Shown: positions 28,193-42,573 of the stretch, piece by piece
How the letters are laid out: every line of letters begins with the position of its first letter
Numbering within the stretch: position 1 is the first letter of the stretch
NCBI GenBank assembly: GCA_964016885.1
Contig: OZ024741.1
Span: forward strand, 206,150,001 to 206,214,000
DNA length: 64,000 nucleotides
DNA from: Eledone cirrhosa
Taxonomy: Eukaryota
Direction of reading: 5' to 3'
Notes under the pieces: model-generated
Told to the model about the DNA's origin: nothing
What the model saw: the letters and a program-made list of their open reading frames with translations, nothing else
Databases searched by the model: none
Translations under genes and position numbers: made by a program

Positions 28193-30418
28193 CATTAAAT
28201 TTGCTAAGGTAAGATTCTTTTGTTATCTTGGTGATATAATGTTCTCCTTAACGCATTGTTTGGCTTCCAAAATTTAAATTTGTGTCCTACTCAACAATGC
28301 TTCAAGCGAACTACATAATTCTGTTATCTTTACACCTGAGCTAGGACCAGTTTGCAACCGTAAAGGGCCTTTTTAGATTATCGAGAAACGAGCAAGGATT
28401 GGCTGCCAGATTAATTTTCTTAAACGCTGTCTGAAGCACGATGTAATCCCCAACACCATAAAATATCCGCCTCCCTTGAGGCATCAATTCTTCAGGCTTC
28501 ATCAAACAAATAAAGTACACCTGCATAAAATAATTCGCACGAAATTTACACCACCAGCTCCACATACACACACGGACAATCTAAGAGCAGATGCTTTTAC
28601 TTAGAATAACACCCTATAGTCTGCTCCATACTACTACAGCCGCTATCGACCAGTGCTACAATGCCCGGGTCCAATTTGAGAAAGAACGTATCAAACATAA
28701 ATTCGACTGGACCTTTAAAAACAGACTAAAGCTAGGAATAGCGCTAAACGTGATGACAGCACTCCTCCCTACCAGACCTAATGGAGTCGGAATGCCACAG
28801 ACACGACAACACTAACCCTACCGACTCTATGAACACCACCACCCTTGACCCACAGACCGATGACAACCTTCACCACATCACGGATCTAACCGGGTCTCTT
28901 CCCAAAGATGAAATGCAACTCGTCCGTCTCGGACCGAAGTTCATCCTAACGGAGCGACTCGATGACAGACTCAGACACGACATTGAGGCCAATTTCTACA
29001 GAGCCCCCCACAAGCTCAAGTGGTTGTCTTTCATCGACACTTCAGAGACCTCCACAAAGAACTCAACATTCCCCTCCTACCATCTCGACAACTTACTACA
29101 CCCTCCACCTGCCAACCGCGATATCGAGACTAAACTCTCACGGTTAAAACTTATCATTACTAACATCCTACAAAAACACACACAACCTCTCCAGACCACA
29201 ATTCGCTACCGTAAGCAACCTCAGATCTAAGAACCTTGTATACCTCCCATCGGACAAGGAAAAAGCGTTTTGTATTATTACCAGAGAGGCCTACACCAAC
29301 CTAGTCCACCAACATCTCAACGACAACAGTCTCTACTCGGAACTCGCTGGAATTACACCCGCGCTGACCGACGAGGGATCCCGAAGAGATTCCGATGCAA
29401 TTACATAACAAGAAACAACAGGATGCCCAACTTCTACCACCTGTTCAAAACCCACAAGGAAGGACCCGACCTGAAAATTAGATCCATTGTCTCCAATGTT
29501 GAAGGATCATCATATAAAATCTCCAATGTTGAAGGATCATCATATAAATCTCCAAGATTTTAAAGCTCCTGAGCCACGTCTACAGCTTGGATGATGTCAT
29601 CCAGCGACTCAACCAACTAGAACATGGCACCTTCAAATCCAACAGGTACGCCTTCAGCCTAGACGTAGTATCCCTCTACACATCAGTACCAGTACTCCCG
29701 TCAGTGGACATACTCACTGAAAGTGTCGGTTTCAGTGACCTGGATTGTTTAGGCCTCACCACCACCGACATCCACCAGATCCTATCCATCATTGTAAACA
29801 ACGCTTTTATCAATTTCCTGGGACAAACCTACCGACAGACCTCTGGAATACCCATGGGATCCAGCCTCTAGGGTTTACTGGCCATTTTGTATAAGAACAG
29901 GCTTGAACGCCGAGTACTCAGCTTGTGCGACACCTGCGCTTTCTTCACTAGATATGAGGATGATATACTCATCCTCACATCCACCAAGGATAATGCCAAC
30001 TGCATTATCGAATCTTTCAACATTGCTGATAATAACATCAAGTTCAGCATCGAAGATTCCACCGACTCCGGCTCCTCGCTCTACTTGATTTCAGACTGAA
30101 CATCTCCGATAGCGGTGAACACCGCCGATTTCTACCGCAAAGCTGCCAGCAGAACTTGTTTGTTCATTACAAATCTGCCCTCCTCAACAGCTCTAAAATA
30201 GGGTACATTTTCAACGAAATAGCTCGCATATACAACCGATACTACCCATGCCAGACAATTCCACAAGGTATCAGAGATTAACTCCTACCCAGCTTCCTTC
30301 TCCACCCCATAACGAAACATTCCTCATAGCTAAACCACCAATCAAAACATCATATGAACGCGAAACGTTACAGACATTTCTATTCTTTATATGTTCATTC
30401 TGTCATTACAACAGCAGA

Positions 30419-30503
30419 GGTCCGACGATCTTTTGATTCCAGAGTCGGGCCAGATCGATACAGATCGAACCTTGAGCTGATCAATAGTGAAACGCGCGTC
30501 ACC
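30419..30503 (+). ncRNA. Type I hammerhead motif (CCGACGA core)
   Basis: GGT-CCGACGA-stem II-GAAA-CGCGCGT-C-ACC; palindromic stem III, GUC site. Confidence 0.6.
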
Positions 30504-30670
30504 AATCAATAAACGTATTGAAGGCTTAACAAATCGCCCTTGTATTATTATATTAACACTGTCTAGATCTATACCTCGCTACAGACATGAACCTAAACAT
30601 CGAGTGCTCAATTAGGTGAACTTACAGTAATTTCTCGTTACACTCCCTGGGTATATTGCAATATATATAT

Positions 30671-30703
<33 letters not shown>

Positions 30704-30745
30704 AACAAGTGTATAGATGGAAAATTATCTTTGAAATCATATCTA

Positions 30746-30860
30746 TTTTCTTACACATGTTTCAAGGGAGTTGCACATCCCAATATTTGAAATTTTATGT
30801 AACAATTCGCATAATCAATATCTATATACATAATTGTACGTCCCCTCTCTTCAGAGGAAC
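30746..30860 (-). ncRNA. Type I hammerhead motif with long stem II insertion
   Basis: Reverse complement reads TTCCT-CTGAAGA-GAGGGG...TCCCTT-GAAA-CATGTGT-A-AGAAA. Confidence 0.6.
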
Positions 30861-31012
30861 ATTAAAATGTTTTAAATAGAATGAGAATCTGTGTGAAATA
30901 CAACCTGTAACTTAGGCAAGAGGGATGAAGCTGTGATTCATTTGTACAGTGGAAATATTAAACAATTAACGGTTTTTCTATGTGGTTCTCGTAACGTTAT
31001 TTTTCTAACATA

Positions 31013-32352
31013 GTGAGCTTTGCAGCCTCCGTCTTGGACGTGCGGTCCATTCTCCGCCAGGTTCAAGTGACCCCCAAAGATGATGTCCTCATCCTCGGGT
31101 TACCGATCCACCCGCCGGCCATCCGCTCCACCATCAGGTCCAGGCTTCAACAGCTCCAGACTCTCACGAGCCGACTGGGCTTGATTGACGGCCACCCAGC
31201 TCTTTTCTGCTGAGGAACTGCTTCGCCATGCCGAAGCTCCTCTATACACTCCGCAGCGCTCCATGCTACACCCAGACATCTCTCATCGCTGACCTCGATA
31301 AGTGTATCCGAGCAGCAGCCGAGGGGATATGCAACGTCAAGTTTGACGACATAGGGTGGCAACAGGCCACTTTACCGGTCAGGTATGGCGGCCTAGGCCT
31401 CCTTTCCCCGATCTCACTAGCTTTGCCGGCGTATCTTTCGTCGGTAACCTCGTGCCGCGTCCTCGTCAGCAAGGTTCTTCAAAACACAACATAACCCTCT
31501 GTGTTCAGAGGACGTGAGGCCGCCTGTGAGACGTGGGACCGGCTGGGACTTAGCCCAGTAGAGGTCCCTCCTCCTTCTCCCCCTGTTGACGTCAAGTCCC
31601 CCCAACGCACTTGGGATGCCATCCAGTGCAGCGTGGCCTCAGAGAGGCTCACGCGCCAGCTTGTTTTCGTGCGGCCGCCAAACCCCACAGTGGTGCCTGG
31701 CTCCATGCTCTGCCCTCCTCCACAGGCACGCAGCTAGACAACCATAGCCTGCGAATCGGCGTTTCCCTGAGGCTCGGCCTCCGGATCGGCCAGCCACACC
31801 AATGTCGCTGCGGATCCACCGTGGACTTTTTCGGCCACCACCCGCTTTCCTGTCGCCACATTGCCGGCCACATTCCACGCCATACTGCCCTCAACTAGGT
31901 CATTAAGCATGGCTTGAACGCTGCAGGCTTCCCTTCCCAGCTCGAGCCGGTGGGGCTGGATCGAGGGGACGGCAAAAGGCCAGATGGCATGACCATCTTC
32001 CCGTTCCGTGGTGGCAAACCCCTCCTCTGGGATGCCACTTGCACCGACACTTTCTGCAGCCGCAACCTGGTGCAGTCTGCGACTGACCCAGGTTCTGCTG
32101 CACGTCGGGCTGAGGGGGCCAAACTCCTCAAATACCGGTCGCTCTCCGACAGGTTTGCGGTCGTACCCCTGGCAGTGGAAACTTCTGGTATCCTCGGCCC
32201 AGGGCTACCTCCTTACTCACGACCATAGGCGCTGAGCTGGCCAGCCGTAGGTGTGAGCCCCGCGAGTTGGAGTGGCTTTTCCAGCGCGTCTCCTTTGCTG
32301 TCCTCCGGGGAAACGCCTTCACCATTCTGTCCGCCGGGGCTGTGGGTGGGCC
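31013..32352 (+). mobile_element. CRE-clade non-LTR retrotransposon, 3' part (RT end + REL endonuclease), frameshifted
   Basis: [33 protein letters not shown]...HPLSC and RPDG...WDAT motifs; closely similar to 25109-25813. Confidence 0.85.
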
Positions 32353-32689
32353 ATTACATTAGTTAAATACCATTCTTTCAACTTATTCTAAATGTAATAC
32401 AACAGTGTTAAATTGAACTGTTATAAAAAAAAATTATTCGAAAACAAAAACAAAAAACTTATTTTATTTCTAATAAAAGGAAATAATTCATGAAATTTAT
32501 CTGTTCACGAGTGATGGAAGGCAGGAGGCTGAATTAAGTGCAAGAATTGCTGGAGCTGGTGCAGTAATGGGTCAGGCGTAAAAGACAAAATCACTATCTT
32601 CAATTCGTTATTCGTGCCAACCTATTCGTGCCAACCCTTACCTATATATATATGTATATATATAAACACACACACACACACACACACAT

Positions 32690-32770
<81 letters not shown>

Positions 32771-32939
32771 AAATATAAACAAACATATATAGAACCATAC
32801 ACACGCACAGATACAACATACGCACACAGATACAAACATACACACACACACATATATATTTATATGCACAAAATATAAACAAATTTATATAAAACCTATA
32901 AATATGATTTTACTCTTTCATCTTTTATATTCAAAGAAA

Positions 32940-35900
32940 ACGCTTTTTAAAAAATAAATATAGTTTCCTTTTTTTAATTTGTTTTGCATTTTTACCTGGA
33001 AATGTGTGTTGAAACAGACATTAGGAAGGTCATGCTGGCAATAAAACAAATCCCATCACCTGTTGGGTTTCACTTCAATTTATTAATATAACTTCCCAGT
33101 CGGATAGTTTAATAACCGAATAGTTGTTTAGTTGTTCATTGTCAAAGCTCTTTCATCACGCATTCTGTGACCTCTTGAGTGACTTGTGGTTACTTTGTGT
33201 CTCTCCTTTATTCTTTTTACACCATTTTGCTTTGTGATGTCTGTGCGCGTGAAACTGGGGTGGGTCTGTTTATCTTAATAAATTTGTTCTTGTATGTCTC
33301 TATATATCATTATATTGTCAGTTACTACATTGTGAGATTGGTACTATTCCATTCGTGATTTCTATTTAGTTTTGGTCGGAGTTCGTTTATGTTTATCGCT
33401 TCAGTAATCTGTCGGAATATTGCGTCTGTTCTGTGTGTAGATATAATTCTTATCTCGATATTCTTTAGTGAGCCTTCTGGCATGTTAGTGGAGTACTGAA
33501 GAATTTTTCTCATCTTGGACTTCTCACCAGTGTTCTCTCTTCCTTTCCCCTATATATGTGGTGTTCCTATTTCTAAACTCCCCTTCCACGCATCTTATGC
33601 TATATATTACGTTCCTAGTTTTACAGTTAACTCGTGGGTGTAACCTGCAGATTATACACTTTCTATCAGTGCAAGGCGTTTTCTCAAAAGGGTACCCTCT
33701 GCTAATCAGGACTTTTATGGAAATATCTGTTTTTTTTATACCATCTTAATATTTATTTTAATTTGTGTAGATCCCTTCCAAATCTGCATTCTATTTCGCC
33801 ACGGGGAGGGGGGGGGGATAACATTGATGATCATTACACTCTGGTATTTGTTGCAGCTAAACCATGAGTTGATCTTACTTCTCTCTATCCTATACACGGG
33901 GCAAGTCCCATTCACATCATTTTTTATAATATTCTTCCATTTAGCACTGACTCATTTACACAACCTGATACTGTTTCTCTGATTGTAGCCAGAGAATTGC
34001 ATGCGGTGGATGAAGTGTTGTATGCGTCTCTTCCATTCCTTAGGCACGCAGATGCGGGACACATTCGTCATCACTCTTACTAAGTCTGCAATTAGTATGT
34101 TGACTTTTACGTTATCCGAAACGGCTGAGTTTCTGTGCATCAGGTACCCCCCCCCCCCTATCAATTTTTATCTGCAGAAAGACTCCGGAATAAAAAAAAA
34201 ACGATACGCTGATATATAGAAAACACTCCCCGATGACTAATCTATGAGCCTGTAAAGTTTCATGAAAATCGGTAATACACAGACACACACAGAGACACAC
34301 AGAGACACACACACATACTTAATTTTATATATATACAGATTACCAATAGTTTCTAGCCAGAGTTCTGTGTCTAGTATAGTTTATCGTTGGGGTGTTTGGT
34401 TAAGTAGTCTATGGTAACTTTAATACTCTGGTGGATATAGTTTGCTATATGGTGTTAATCTAACGAAATTCTACCATACAGTTTCTACAGCAATATCTAC
34501 GTCAATGGATGGGTATAGGGACACTACATCCTTGTTACCTATTGTACGGCCTGTCAGGACCACAGACATGTTGCATTCGTTGATTCTGCTAAGGAGGTCT
34601 TCTGTGCTGTCACATGCATCTGTAAACGCATTATTATATGATCATGGAGAGGAAGTAGGAGTGTCTGTAGTTGCTGGTAATGTTGACTTCACAGGCTGGT
34701 TGTGTTGGTGGTCCTGTGATTGGATGACTATTTTTTTTGTGGTCTCTGCGAACTTTATACAGTATGTCATTGTCCCAGGCCTGGAAATTGTTAGCTGTAC
34801 ATTTATTTGGTTGAATTATGCGAAACACTATAAACGCTTAAGCGTTGAGTGTTCTCTTCTCGCAGGCTCTTGTTTTATTGTTTATCTTGTGTTTATGATA
34901 TGGAGCTGCATTGCCTGGATGTAGTTTGCCAGGTTGTCTACTGACATTGTGTCAGACCTATCAGTTGGCAAACATACAATATCTCCATTTCTCGTGCGCT
35001 TTATGAGATTACGCAAATCATTTGCGTATTTTTCACCTAGTTGCTGGGCCTCCATTCTACTGTGTTTCCTATTATGCTATTCAAGAAGCTGTCTATGTTT
35101 AGCCCTAGCTATTGTAAATTAAGCTTTAGTTTGGTCATCCGCTTGTGATGGAATACAGGTTATAGTGTCATAAGATAAATATGACTCATATCAAAGGATT
35201 TATCGGATGACTTAAAAAAATCTTGTTTGTATCTGTTGTGTTGTTGTCTTTTCTTCTCCTCACAGCTTCATGGCTGATTCTACTACGATTGTTTCTCCTG
35301 TCCCTTCCCTCTGAGTTATTGATATTTTCTAATCTGTTATGTGAGGTTAGTGTTTTTGCACTGGCTATTTCCTCTGTTATTGTCTCTAGATTATTTAGGT
35401 TTACAATCCCTCAGTGTCATTGTTGTTTTCTAATGTATTCTGTGCCTCTGTGTCTGTCGTTGTTGGTTGGGTTTACATGTGCGTTGTGGTGATAAGTTTA
35501 TCATGCGTTGTGTGCTATTGTTGTCGCTTGTGTTGTTGTTATCGTTGTTTGTGTTGTTGATGTTATTTTTGTTTTTGGTTTTTAGTCGCCATCTAATTTT
35601 TGTAAAAGTTTTGTCAATCTCAGATAAGCATTCTTACTATATTTGGCATACTTTGGTGGTAACTGCAGGATGGATAATTCGTCAGGGTTTACCGTGCTCC
35701 TAGCGTATATGTTTGTGTTGTTACTGTTGAACTCACCTGTCAGTGGGACGTCCGCCATTTTTATCCCATTGACCTTATCTGGATATATCTGTTTCTTCTC
35801 TAATTTTGTTTGTTTTAATATTACTTGTTTTAGACATGCTCATTTCTTGTTAAAGTGTTTGTTGCATTTCTGTATTTTCCTGTTGGTGTATTATGTGCAT

Positions 35901-35950
35901 GTATTGCGATTTTCTTTTAGTGATCTTACTTATTTCTTGTATTAAAATGC
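32940..35950 (-). mobile_element. Degraded Penelope-like element (family B, as 55720-57105), with a Helitron 5' fragment at about 34146-34339
   Basis: HRNSAVSDNVKVNILIADLVRVM and FRQITEAININELRPKLNR motifs; mutated HHR (CTCAAGA core) at 33141-33183. Confidence 0.8.
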
Positions 35951-35989
35951 GTTTCCGTTTTTCTTGGCATAAGACTGGATTTATGGTAA

Positions 35990-36545
35990 TTCTTGGCAAG
36001 CGTGATCGAAGAGGGTACAGATAGTACCCTCATAGATGTAAGAAAAATGTCTAGAGAGGACTGGTCCATGGTGGAAAATATCTCAGACAATGTTCGCCTT
36101 CAGAAGGGGTCTTCCTTATAAGTGGCCAATGATGACAGAAGACCACACTGCTTCGTCTGTGGCGAAGCAACACACTTGCTAGCCATCTGTGCTCAGCTCA
36201 AAAATGCAGGGTGATGCACACCTCGATAACTGTCGACACCAGTGCCGAGGCGCTGCAATGCAAAGCGGTATCTGTTCGGTGATCAAAATGAATGGTCACT
36301 TTTCGGAGCCGTTTAAGATTGTGAGAACGGACCGTCAAGGGCACCCTTTCTCCTCCCATCTGTATGTATTGATTCTCGAGCCTTTACTACGGAAACTGGT
36401 GTTGTTACCAGGGCATCCCACTCGAACCGGGACGTAGAAGGGTTGCGTCAGCATATGTGGACGTCATCACCGTCATGGTGTCGAACACTTCGGAGATTGA
36501 GATGGTCGGCACCTTCTCAGAGGAATATGAAAGGTTAACGAAAAC
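35990..36545 (+). mobile_element. L1/Tx1-like LINE fragments (CCHC knuckle joined to RT piece)
   Basis: CFVCGEATHLLAIC, then NGHFSEPF...RQGHPFSSHLYVLILEPLL. Confidence 0.7.
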
Positions 36546-36714
36546 ATTATTTTTGCTATTTCCTCTCTTTCTTTTATTCCCTTTCTTCCTACTGCCACCT
36601 GACTTTGTTACCCGGCGATTTATCCGTCTACATTGTAGAGGCTTCCAAAAACGCAAAAACAACCATTCATCATATTCTACAATGCGTCAAGCAAACTTCA
36701 ACTCACTCTGTGTG

Positions 36715-36749
<35 letters not shown>

Positions 36750-37647
36750 GTAATAATAATAAATTTGAAGACTAAAATCCAAAGAGGGCTCGATAAGGAT
36801 AAATATATATCAAAAATTTATTAAAATAACAGACTAAAGTTTAAGCAAAGAATCGCTGCTTTCACCCTTAACGGGATCTTCTGAAACTAAAAACATCAAT
36901 CTGTGAACGCAGAAGTAAATATTTCGAAAAACGTTGTAACCGAAGGAAGACAGGAAGACGATACTTTGATTCGAAAAAAAAACGAAGATAATACGTCATT
37001 ATTTGGAGCGTTGAAAACAATTACACGCAAAGACAAAACCACGTTTATGGTATAAATGAAGTCGTAGACTAATATTCTATTAGGTGGTTCGTGGAGACGT
37101 TCCTTGGCAATGAACGTTGTAATTGCGTGTAATTGTTCTCATCGCTCCACGTAATGAGGTATTATCTTAGTTTTTTCCGTTCATTGCCAGGATCAAAGTA
37201 TAACTGAACTTGGATTTGTGGACAAAGAGCGCAGCTCCCTAATTCATAGACTACACATGATTGTGATAACTGGCACCTTCAAAACTCACAAAACATTCTT
37301 GCGATTCAAGTGATGACAATTTCTTTTCTTTTACAACCTTGCCAACAGGAAGGTGACCGGTCAAAAATGTACTAAAAATTCTGCTAGTTACCCTCTCTCA
37401 GCTAGCCTCTTCCTCGCACTTTCACTCACTCACTATCTGCTACTCACCCTCTCTCTCACTTCCTCCATCGTCCAGCACTGTAGGCGGTCTTTCTTGCTCA
37501 CACTGGTACGAAATGAATTATTGACTTAATATTTTTCCTTTTTTCTTCTCTTTACGTTGCCGCCTCCATCGTGTCTGTTAACCTGTCTTTCTCTTTCTCC
37601 ACCCACTTCTTTTTATCCCAATACCTTACTTTAGTTATTTTTTCGTC

Positions 37648-37708
37648 CTAGGCTGAGGTCTCTAACGCGAAGAAATACCTATGATGCCCAGTAGACAACT
37701 GATGATGG
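37648..37708 (+). ncRNA. Permuted hammerhead-like motif (copy D), deleted across the predicted cleavage site
   Basis: ctaggc-tg-AGGT[gap]ctctaacgcgaa-GAAATACCT-atgat-gcccag-TAGACAA-CTGATGA. Confidence 0.45.
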
Positions 37709-37867
37709 ATAATCCTAACTTCTAATTTCTAATTTTTCATTATACTTAATTGCAACAACGCATCTCGCCATTTTGATTTATATATATGTGTGTAAAAGGT
37801 AAACAGAAACAACAACACTATATGGAAGGTATATATTAGGTTAACGCTTGATACAGCAGGAAGAGGG

Positions 37868-37903
37868 TCTTAACGTTTCGGACGCTAGTCCTTCATCAAA
37901 AGA
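37868..37903 (-). ncRNA. Minimal type I hammerhead motif (TTGATGA core) in a PLE-terminus repeat; related termini at 38160-38245 and 51055-51125
   Basis: Reverse complement reads TCTT-TTGATGA-A-GGAC-TAGC-GTCC-GAAACGT-T-AAGA. Confidence 0.65.
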
Positions 37904-38097
37904 AAGAATGAGAAATAAAATAGATTGAGGGGACGGGCGGGTTGGAATTGGAAAAAATGACTTTAGATAAAAATAAAAGGTCCATTCATGTTGACATCTC
38001 TTGCAAAAATGTTGGTGCTGGCGTTTTGTGTATGATTTGTTTTTTTAGAAAAGTGGATGATGGCAGGAGGTGTCTACTTTCACGGTGTCGAGCTGCA

Positions 38098-38161
<64 letters not shown>

Positions 38162-38243
38162 ATGTAAAAGGTAAACGGAAATAACAATACAATCGGTACA
38201 GTATATGGAAGGATATATTAGGTTAACGCTTGATATAGCAGGA

Positions 38244-38347
<104 letters not shown>

Positions 38348-38469
38348 TAGAGAGAGAGATTAGACAGAAATGCACGCCAAGTATTTAATGTTTATACAGT
38401 TTATAATAATATCAAACAACATATACAATCTGTGCTCCTCACCGTAAGATAATATAAGCTCTAGAGCAT

Positions 38470-38650
38470 GTGAATTGGCAGTATCGGTAGAGGGTCGGAC
38501 ATGCTTTCCAGCATAGTTACGTCCCTTTATGATCTGAGTTCAAATCCCGCCGAGGTTAACTTTGCCTTTCATCCATACGGGGTCGATAAAATAAAGTACC
38601 AGTAATGTACTGGGTAATTGCTGACCTTGTGCCGAAAGTAGAAACAAATA
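38470..38650 (+). mobile_element. tRNA-derived SINE
   Basis: A/B-box-like head and core TTTGCCTTTCATCC...GGGTCGATAAAATAAAGTACC. Confidence 0.85.
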
Positions 38651-38753
38651 TTACTATAAACTTCATAATATTAGATATATTCTTCTTTGCATTTTCGTTT
38701 TCTTCTATATTTTCTATTTCCTATTTTTTGTTGGCTGTCTTCACCTCTTCATA

Positions 38754-38784
<31 letters not shown>

Positions 38785-39041
38785 GATATATATGTATATG
38801 CATACATACATATATATATACATACATATATATATATAGGAAAAAGTTTAACCCCGTTGGCAGAGCTCAAGTCGTTTCGACGGCTTGAGTTCTGCCAACT
38901 GGGTTAAACCTTTTCCTATTACCCACTCTACTACCCTAAGTACTGAGTATTCTGGTGCGATATGGTCCATCTGGTTCATTACCACCCTTCCTTCGTTATA
39001 TATATATAAAAGAAAATTTCGCTCTACATGGCTGAATACAG

Positions 39042-39652
39042 TAAATGTAGTCTGAGTTTTTCGAATATTAATAATTGTTTCTACTTTTGGCACAAGGCCA
39101 GCAATTACCAGTACATTACTGGTACTTTATTTTATCGACCCCGTAAGGATGAAAGGCAAAGTTAACCTCTGTGGGATTTGAACTCAGAATGGCAAGAGAC
39201 GTAACTCTATGAGTCAAAGCATAGCGTTCGACCTTCTACCGATACTGCCAATCCACCGCCCTAAATATTAATAATATTAATAATAATATTCGATTCGTTT
39301 GCAATTATGCAAACAAGCCTCAATTTTATAGCCATGTCCGTAGAATGAACCCTTCATTCTTGCTCTTGTGTTGGCATGCGAACAGAACTTCAGGCACTAA
39401 TGTTTCTTCACCAGTACAGCTCACTGTTCACCTGCCAAACTGTCAGAGCTAGTGAAAATATTTGCTATTTTCGAAAATACACAGTGACTGATCGGCCTGA
39501 TTTGCATATTAGCAGTTCTGTGTGCAAGCCAACACAAGAGCAAGAATGAAGTGTTCATTCTATTGACACGGCTATAAAACTGTGGCTTGTTTGCATAATT
39601 GCAAACGAATCGAATGTTATTATTAATATTCGAAAAACTCAGACTACATTTA
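39042..39652. repeat. Long inverted repeat whose left arm is interrupted by a SINE
   Basis: 39042-39075 plus 39276-39389 is the reverse complement of 39514-39652. Confidence 0.85.
39070..39263 (-). mobile_element. tRNA-derived SINE with 12-bp target-site duplication
   Basis: AATATTAATAAT at 39064-39075 and 39264-39275. Confidence 0.85.
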
Positions 39653-40027
39653 TATATATATATATACATATATATATATGTATTTTTTTCAAGTATATAT
39701 GTATATATATACTTGGGAAAATACTGTACTAATTCTCAGAATAAATGGTGAAGTGTAAAGAAATATAAGGAGATAATTGTGAGATAATGAAATACAATGA
39801 GTAGCATGATTTATTGAATAGCGCCGAGTAGACTAGCAATATTTCTGCACTGTTAATGAAGCTTTATTTGTGAGAATATAACGGTATTATTAACATGAAG
39901 AAAACACTAATTACTTATTTGGATTCAAGGAAATTTCCATTCGGAAATAATTGTTTTGTAAAGTATTGTTCTGAATTATTATGTATCAAAGGAAAGAATT
40001 GAGAATCCGAATTATATTTTATACGGT

Positions 40028-40215
40028 AATAATTGTTTCTACTTTAGGCACAAGGCCAGCAATTACCCAGTACATTACTGGTACTTTATTTTATCGACCC
40101 CGTAATAATTTATACGGTAATAATTGTTTCTACTTTAGGCACAAGGCCAGCAATTAACCAGTGCATTACTGGTACTTTATTTTATCGACCCCGTAAGGAT
40201 GAAAGGCAAAGTCAC
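40028..40215 (-). mobile_element. Two tandem partial SINE 3' ends
   Basis: Local duplication of about 90 bp containing the SINE tail. Confidence 0.75.
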
Positions 40216-42165
40216 TGTAATAATGATGACTAATGAGACACTGTGATATGAAACAAATTATATATTATGTGCTGTATTTTAAATGTTACTGTATTGTGTA
40301 TTGCATGTTATGTTTTCTTCCTTCGTTGCCGAAGATGACCAAAACTCAAGATTGGCTTATATGTCACGTATGTCACTACTGGGGACTATCAATCCTTTTC
40401 CATATGTAGGGCGCGAATAGGAAGACGTGACACTTTATTTACTCACGGATCTAGTTGGGTGGAATGAACGATCATTTCCAGGACTGGCCACAGTTATTGC
40501 TTCCATTTGTTGAAATTACAGTGAATCAGACTGAGGCAGTTGAATAAATTTTAGGCAAACCATTCCAATGAATAAACCCGAATGTTGAGATTTTCAAACA
40601 AACACTGAAACTTCTCCTTTGCTATCCAATAGTACATTTGCCTTGACAAATTTTATCATAGTGAAGATAATTTGGAATGCTGTCGTCTCACATACGACTG
40701 GCATGAAAAACCAAATTTATTGCACGAGAATCATATAATGAGGACTCTTCATTCAAGTAAGGGCCACATGACATTACAGCAGATATATATGGAGAGGTGT
40801 TGCTCCTAGACACACAATTATTACTAGACTACATTCCTTTTCATTATCAGTAGATATTCAGCCATGTTCAGCCAAAGTTCCAATAGAACTCATATTCTGT
40901 CAATAAAATACATCCCATAAATACACAGCTCATTTGTAGATATAGATTATATATATGCGTATGTGCGTATATGTACATGTGTATGTATGAGTGTGTTTGT
41001 GTGTGTAAGTGTCGTCTACGCCTTAATTTCTAAAGAGTATACAATGATTAAAGTGTCCTTTAAGGAATAACCATAAAAAACATAAACTGAGAAGACAGGT
41101 GAACACTCATACGTCGATATATAACGAAATTAGTGGATGCAAATCTCAGAAAATATTGTACACTATTCGCACCTATCGGTACAAAAATATAGCGCACTAT
41201 TCGCACCTATCGGTACAAAAAATCGCACGACTGTTAATAATACTAGAAGTGCAAACTATCTGTTGAATACCTGGTATATGAAGAGCAACCGATACGATCG
41301 GTCGGCGATCGGTCTTGAAGAAGAATGAAGAATGAAGTGAAATTTTGGTCTGGTTGTTGTCTTTGGTGTTTCGCAGAGATGCCGGCACGAACAAAGGTGT
41401 CAGTAACACAAAGTTGTCCGCTTGAACAAAGGTGTCGGTCCGACAAAGGTGTCGGTCCGACAAAGGTGTCAGTCAGACAGACATCAGACAGTGTCACAGT
41501 CGGTGCGACAAAGCGATCGATGCGATTAAAAAAAATTTAACTCACATGTTTACCTATATTTTCGCAAACTATTGATAGATTGGTACAAAAAATAGCTTTG
41601 ATAATAAACATACATTTTTAACGAAGTATTTAAAAAGCATTTTAGCAGTGAAAAGTGAAGTAATGTTTCACACTGACGCAAGTAGGGGCGTTCAGGAATG
41701 ACGTAGTCAATTAGGAGGAGGGGATTCGGCGATTTGACTACATTTGACTAACGTAATCACAATCACAAGAGTTCCGCCGAAAAAAATTCGTCATTTCTGG
41801 ATTACCTCCCCTAGCGCCACGCTTTCTACTCACTCACTCACTTGAACACAAGATTTATCAGCAAACTTTGATTATAAACTTTTTCCCGCTGGACCAAATT
41901 TCTAGATTGTTAAGCCAAAAGATGCGTAATGATCTACTGTTCATGCTCATATAAGTTTTATCTCGGTTAAATAAAGTAGAGCCGCACTGTACTGTCGTAA
42001 ACAGACGATTGCCAACGAAAACACGACTACAACAATATTACTAAACGGACTACCGTCCGTTTAGGATATGTAATGGATGGATTCTCAATTGGTATCGGGA
42101 GGTGACTACAACTAAAAGGGTACTCAATACATGTATGTATATATCCGTATGTATATGTATATATA

Positions 42166-42232
<67 letters not shown>

Positions 42233-42261
42233 ATATATGTGTGTGTCTGTGTGCGTATATA

Positions 42262-42324
<63 letters not shown>

Positions 42325-42361
42325 ATATATATATACATATATATATGTATATATATGTATA

Positions 42362-42410
<49 letters not shown>

Positions 42411-42494
42411 CAAATTAATTAACGGAGTTAAAATCTCGCGTGTTTTCTTAGTCATCTGGTATATTTTTATAGAAGTGTTGATCATATTGCTAGG

Positions 42495-42573
42495 TACCGG
42501 CCGATGAGAATCTACAATATGGATTTTTCACTTATTAGAGCGAAACATACTCTTATTTGAGCATGTCCGGGTG
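42495..42573 (+). ncRNA. Type I hammerhead motif with a full stem III hairpin (CCGATGA core)
   Basis: TACCGG-CCGATGA-G...C-GAAA-CATACTC-TTATTT-GAGCATGT-C-CGGGTG. Confidence 0.6.

Larger units (their letters stand above)
28140..30660 (+). mobile_element. Degraded Penelope-like element (N-terminal region + RT) joined to a different HHR-bearing terminus
   Basis: FLKRCLKHDVIP, LGPKF, FSLDVVSLYTSVP, QTSGIPMGS and RYEDDIL motifs; no GIY-YIG seen. Confidence 0.85.

Noticed and set aside
25058-32352. GC-rich ORF clusters suggesting bacterial DNA or horizontal gene transfer
   Set aside because: They translate to CRE-clade retrotransposon REL domains; overlapping ORFs are GC-driven shadows
38470-38560. 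tRNA genes
   Set aside because: tRNA-like A/B boxes belong to SINE heads followed by SINE core and tail; no complete cloverleaf seen
41390-41515. Short repeats (ACAAAGGTGTCGGTCCG) resembling a CRISPR array
   Set aside because: No unique spacers of constant length, no cas genes, eukaryotic context; more like transposon subterminal repeats
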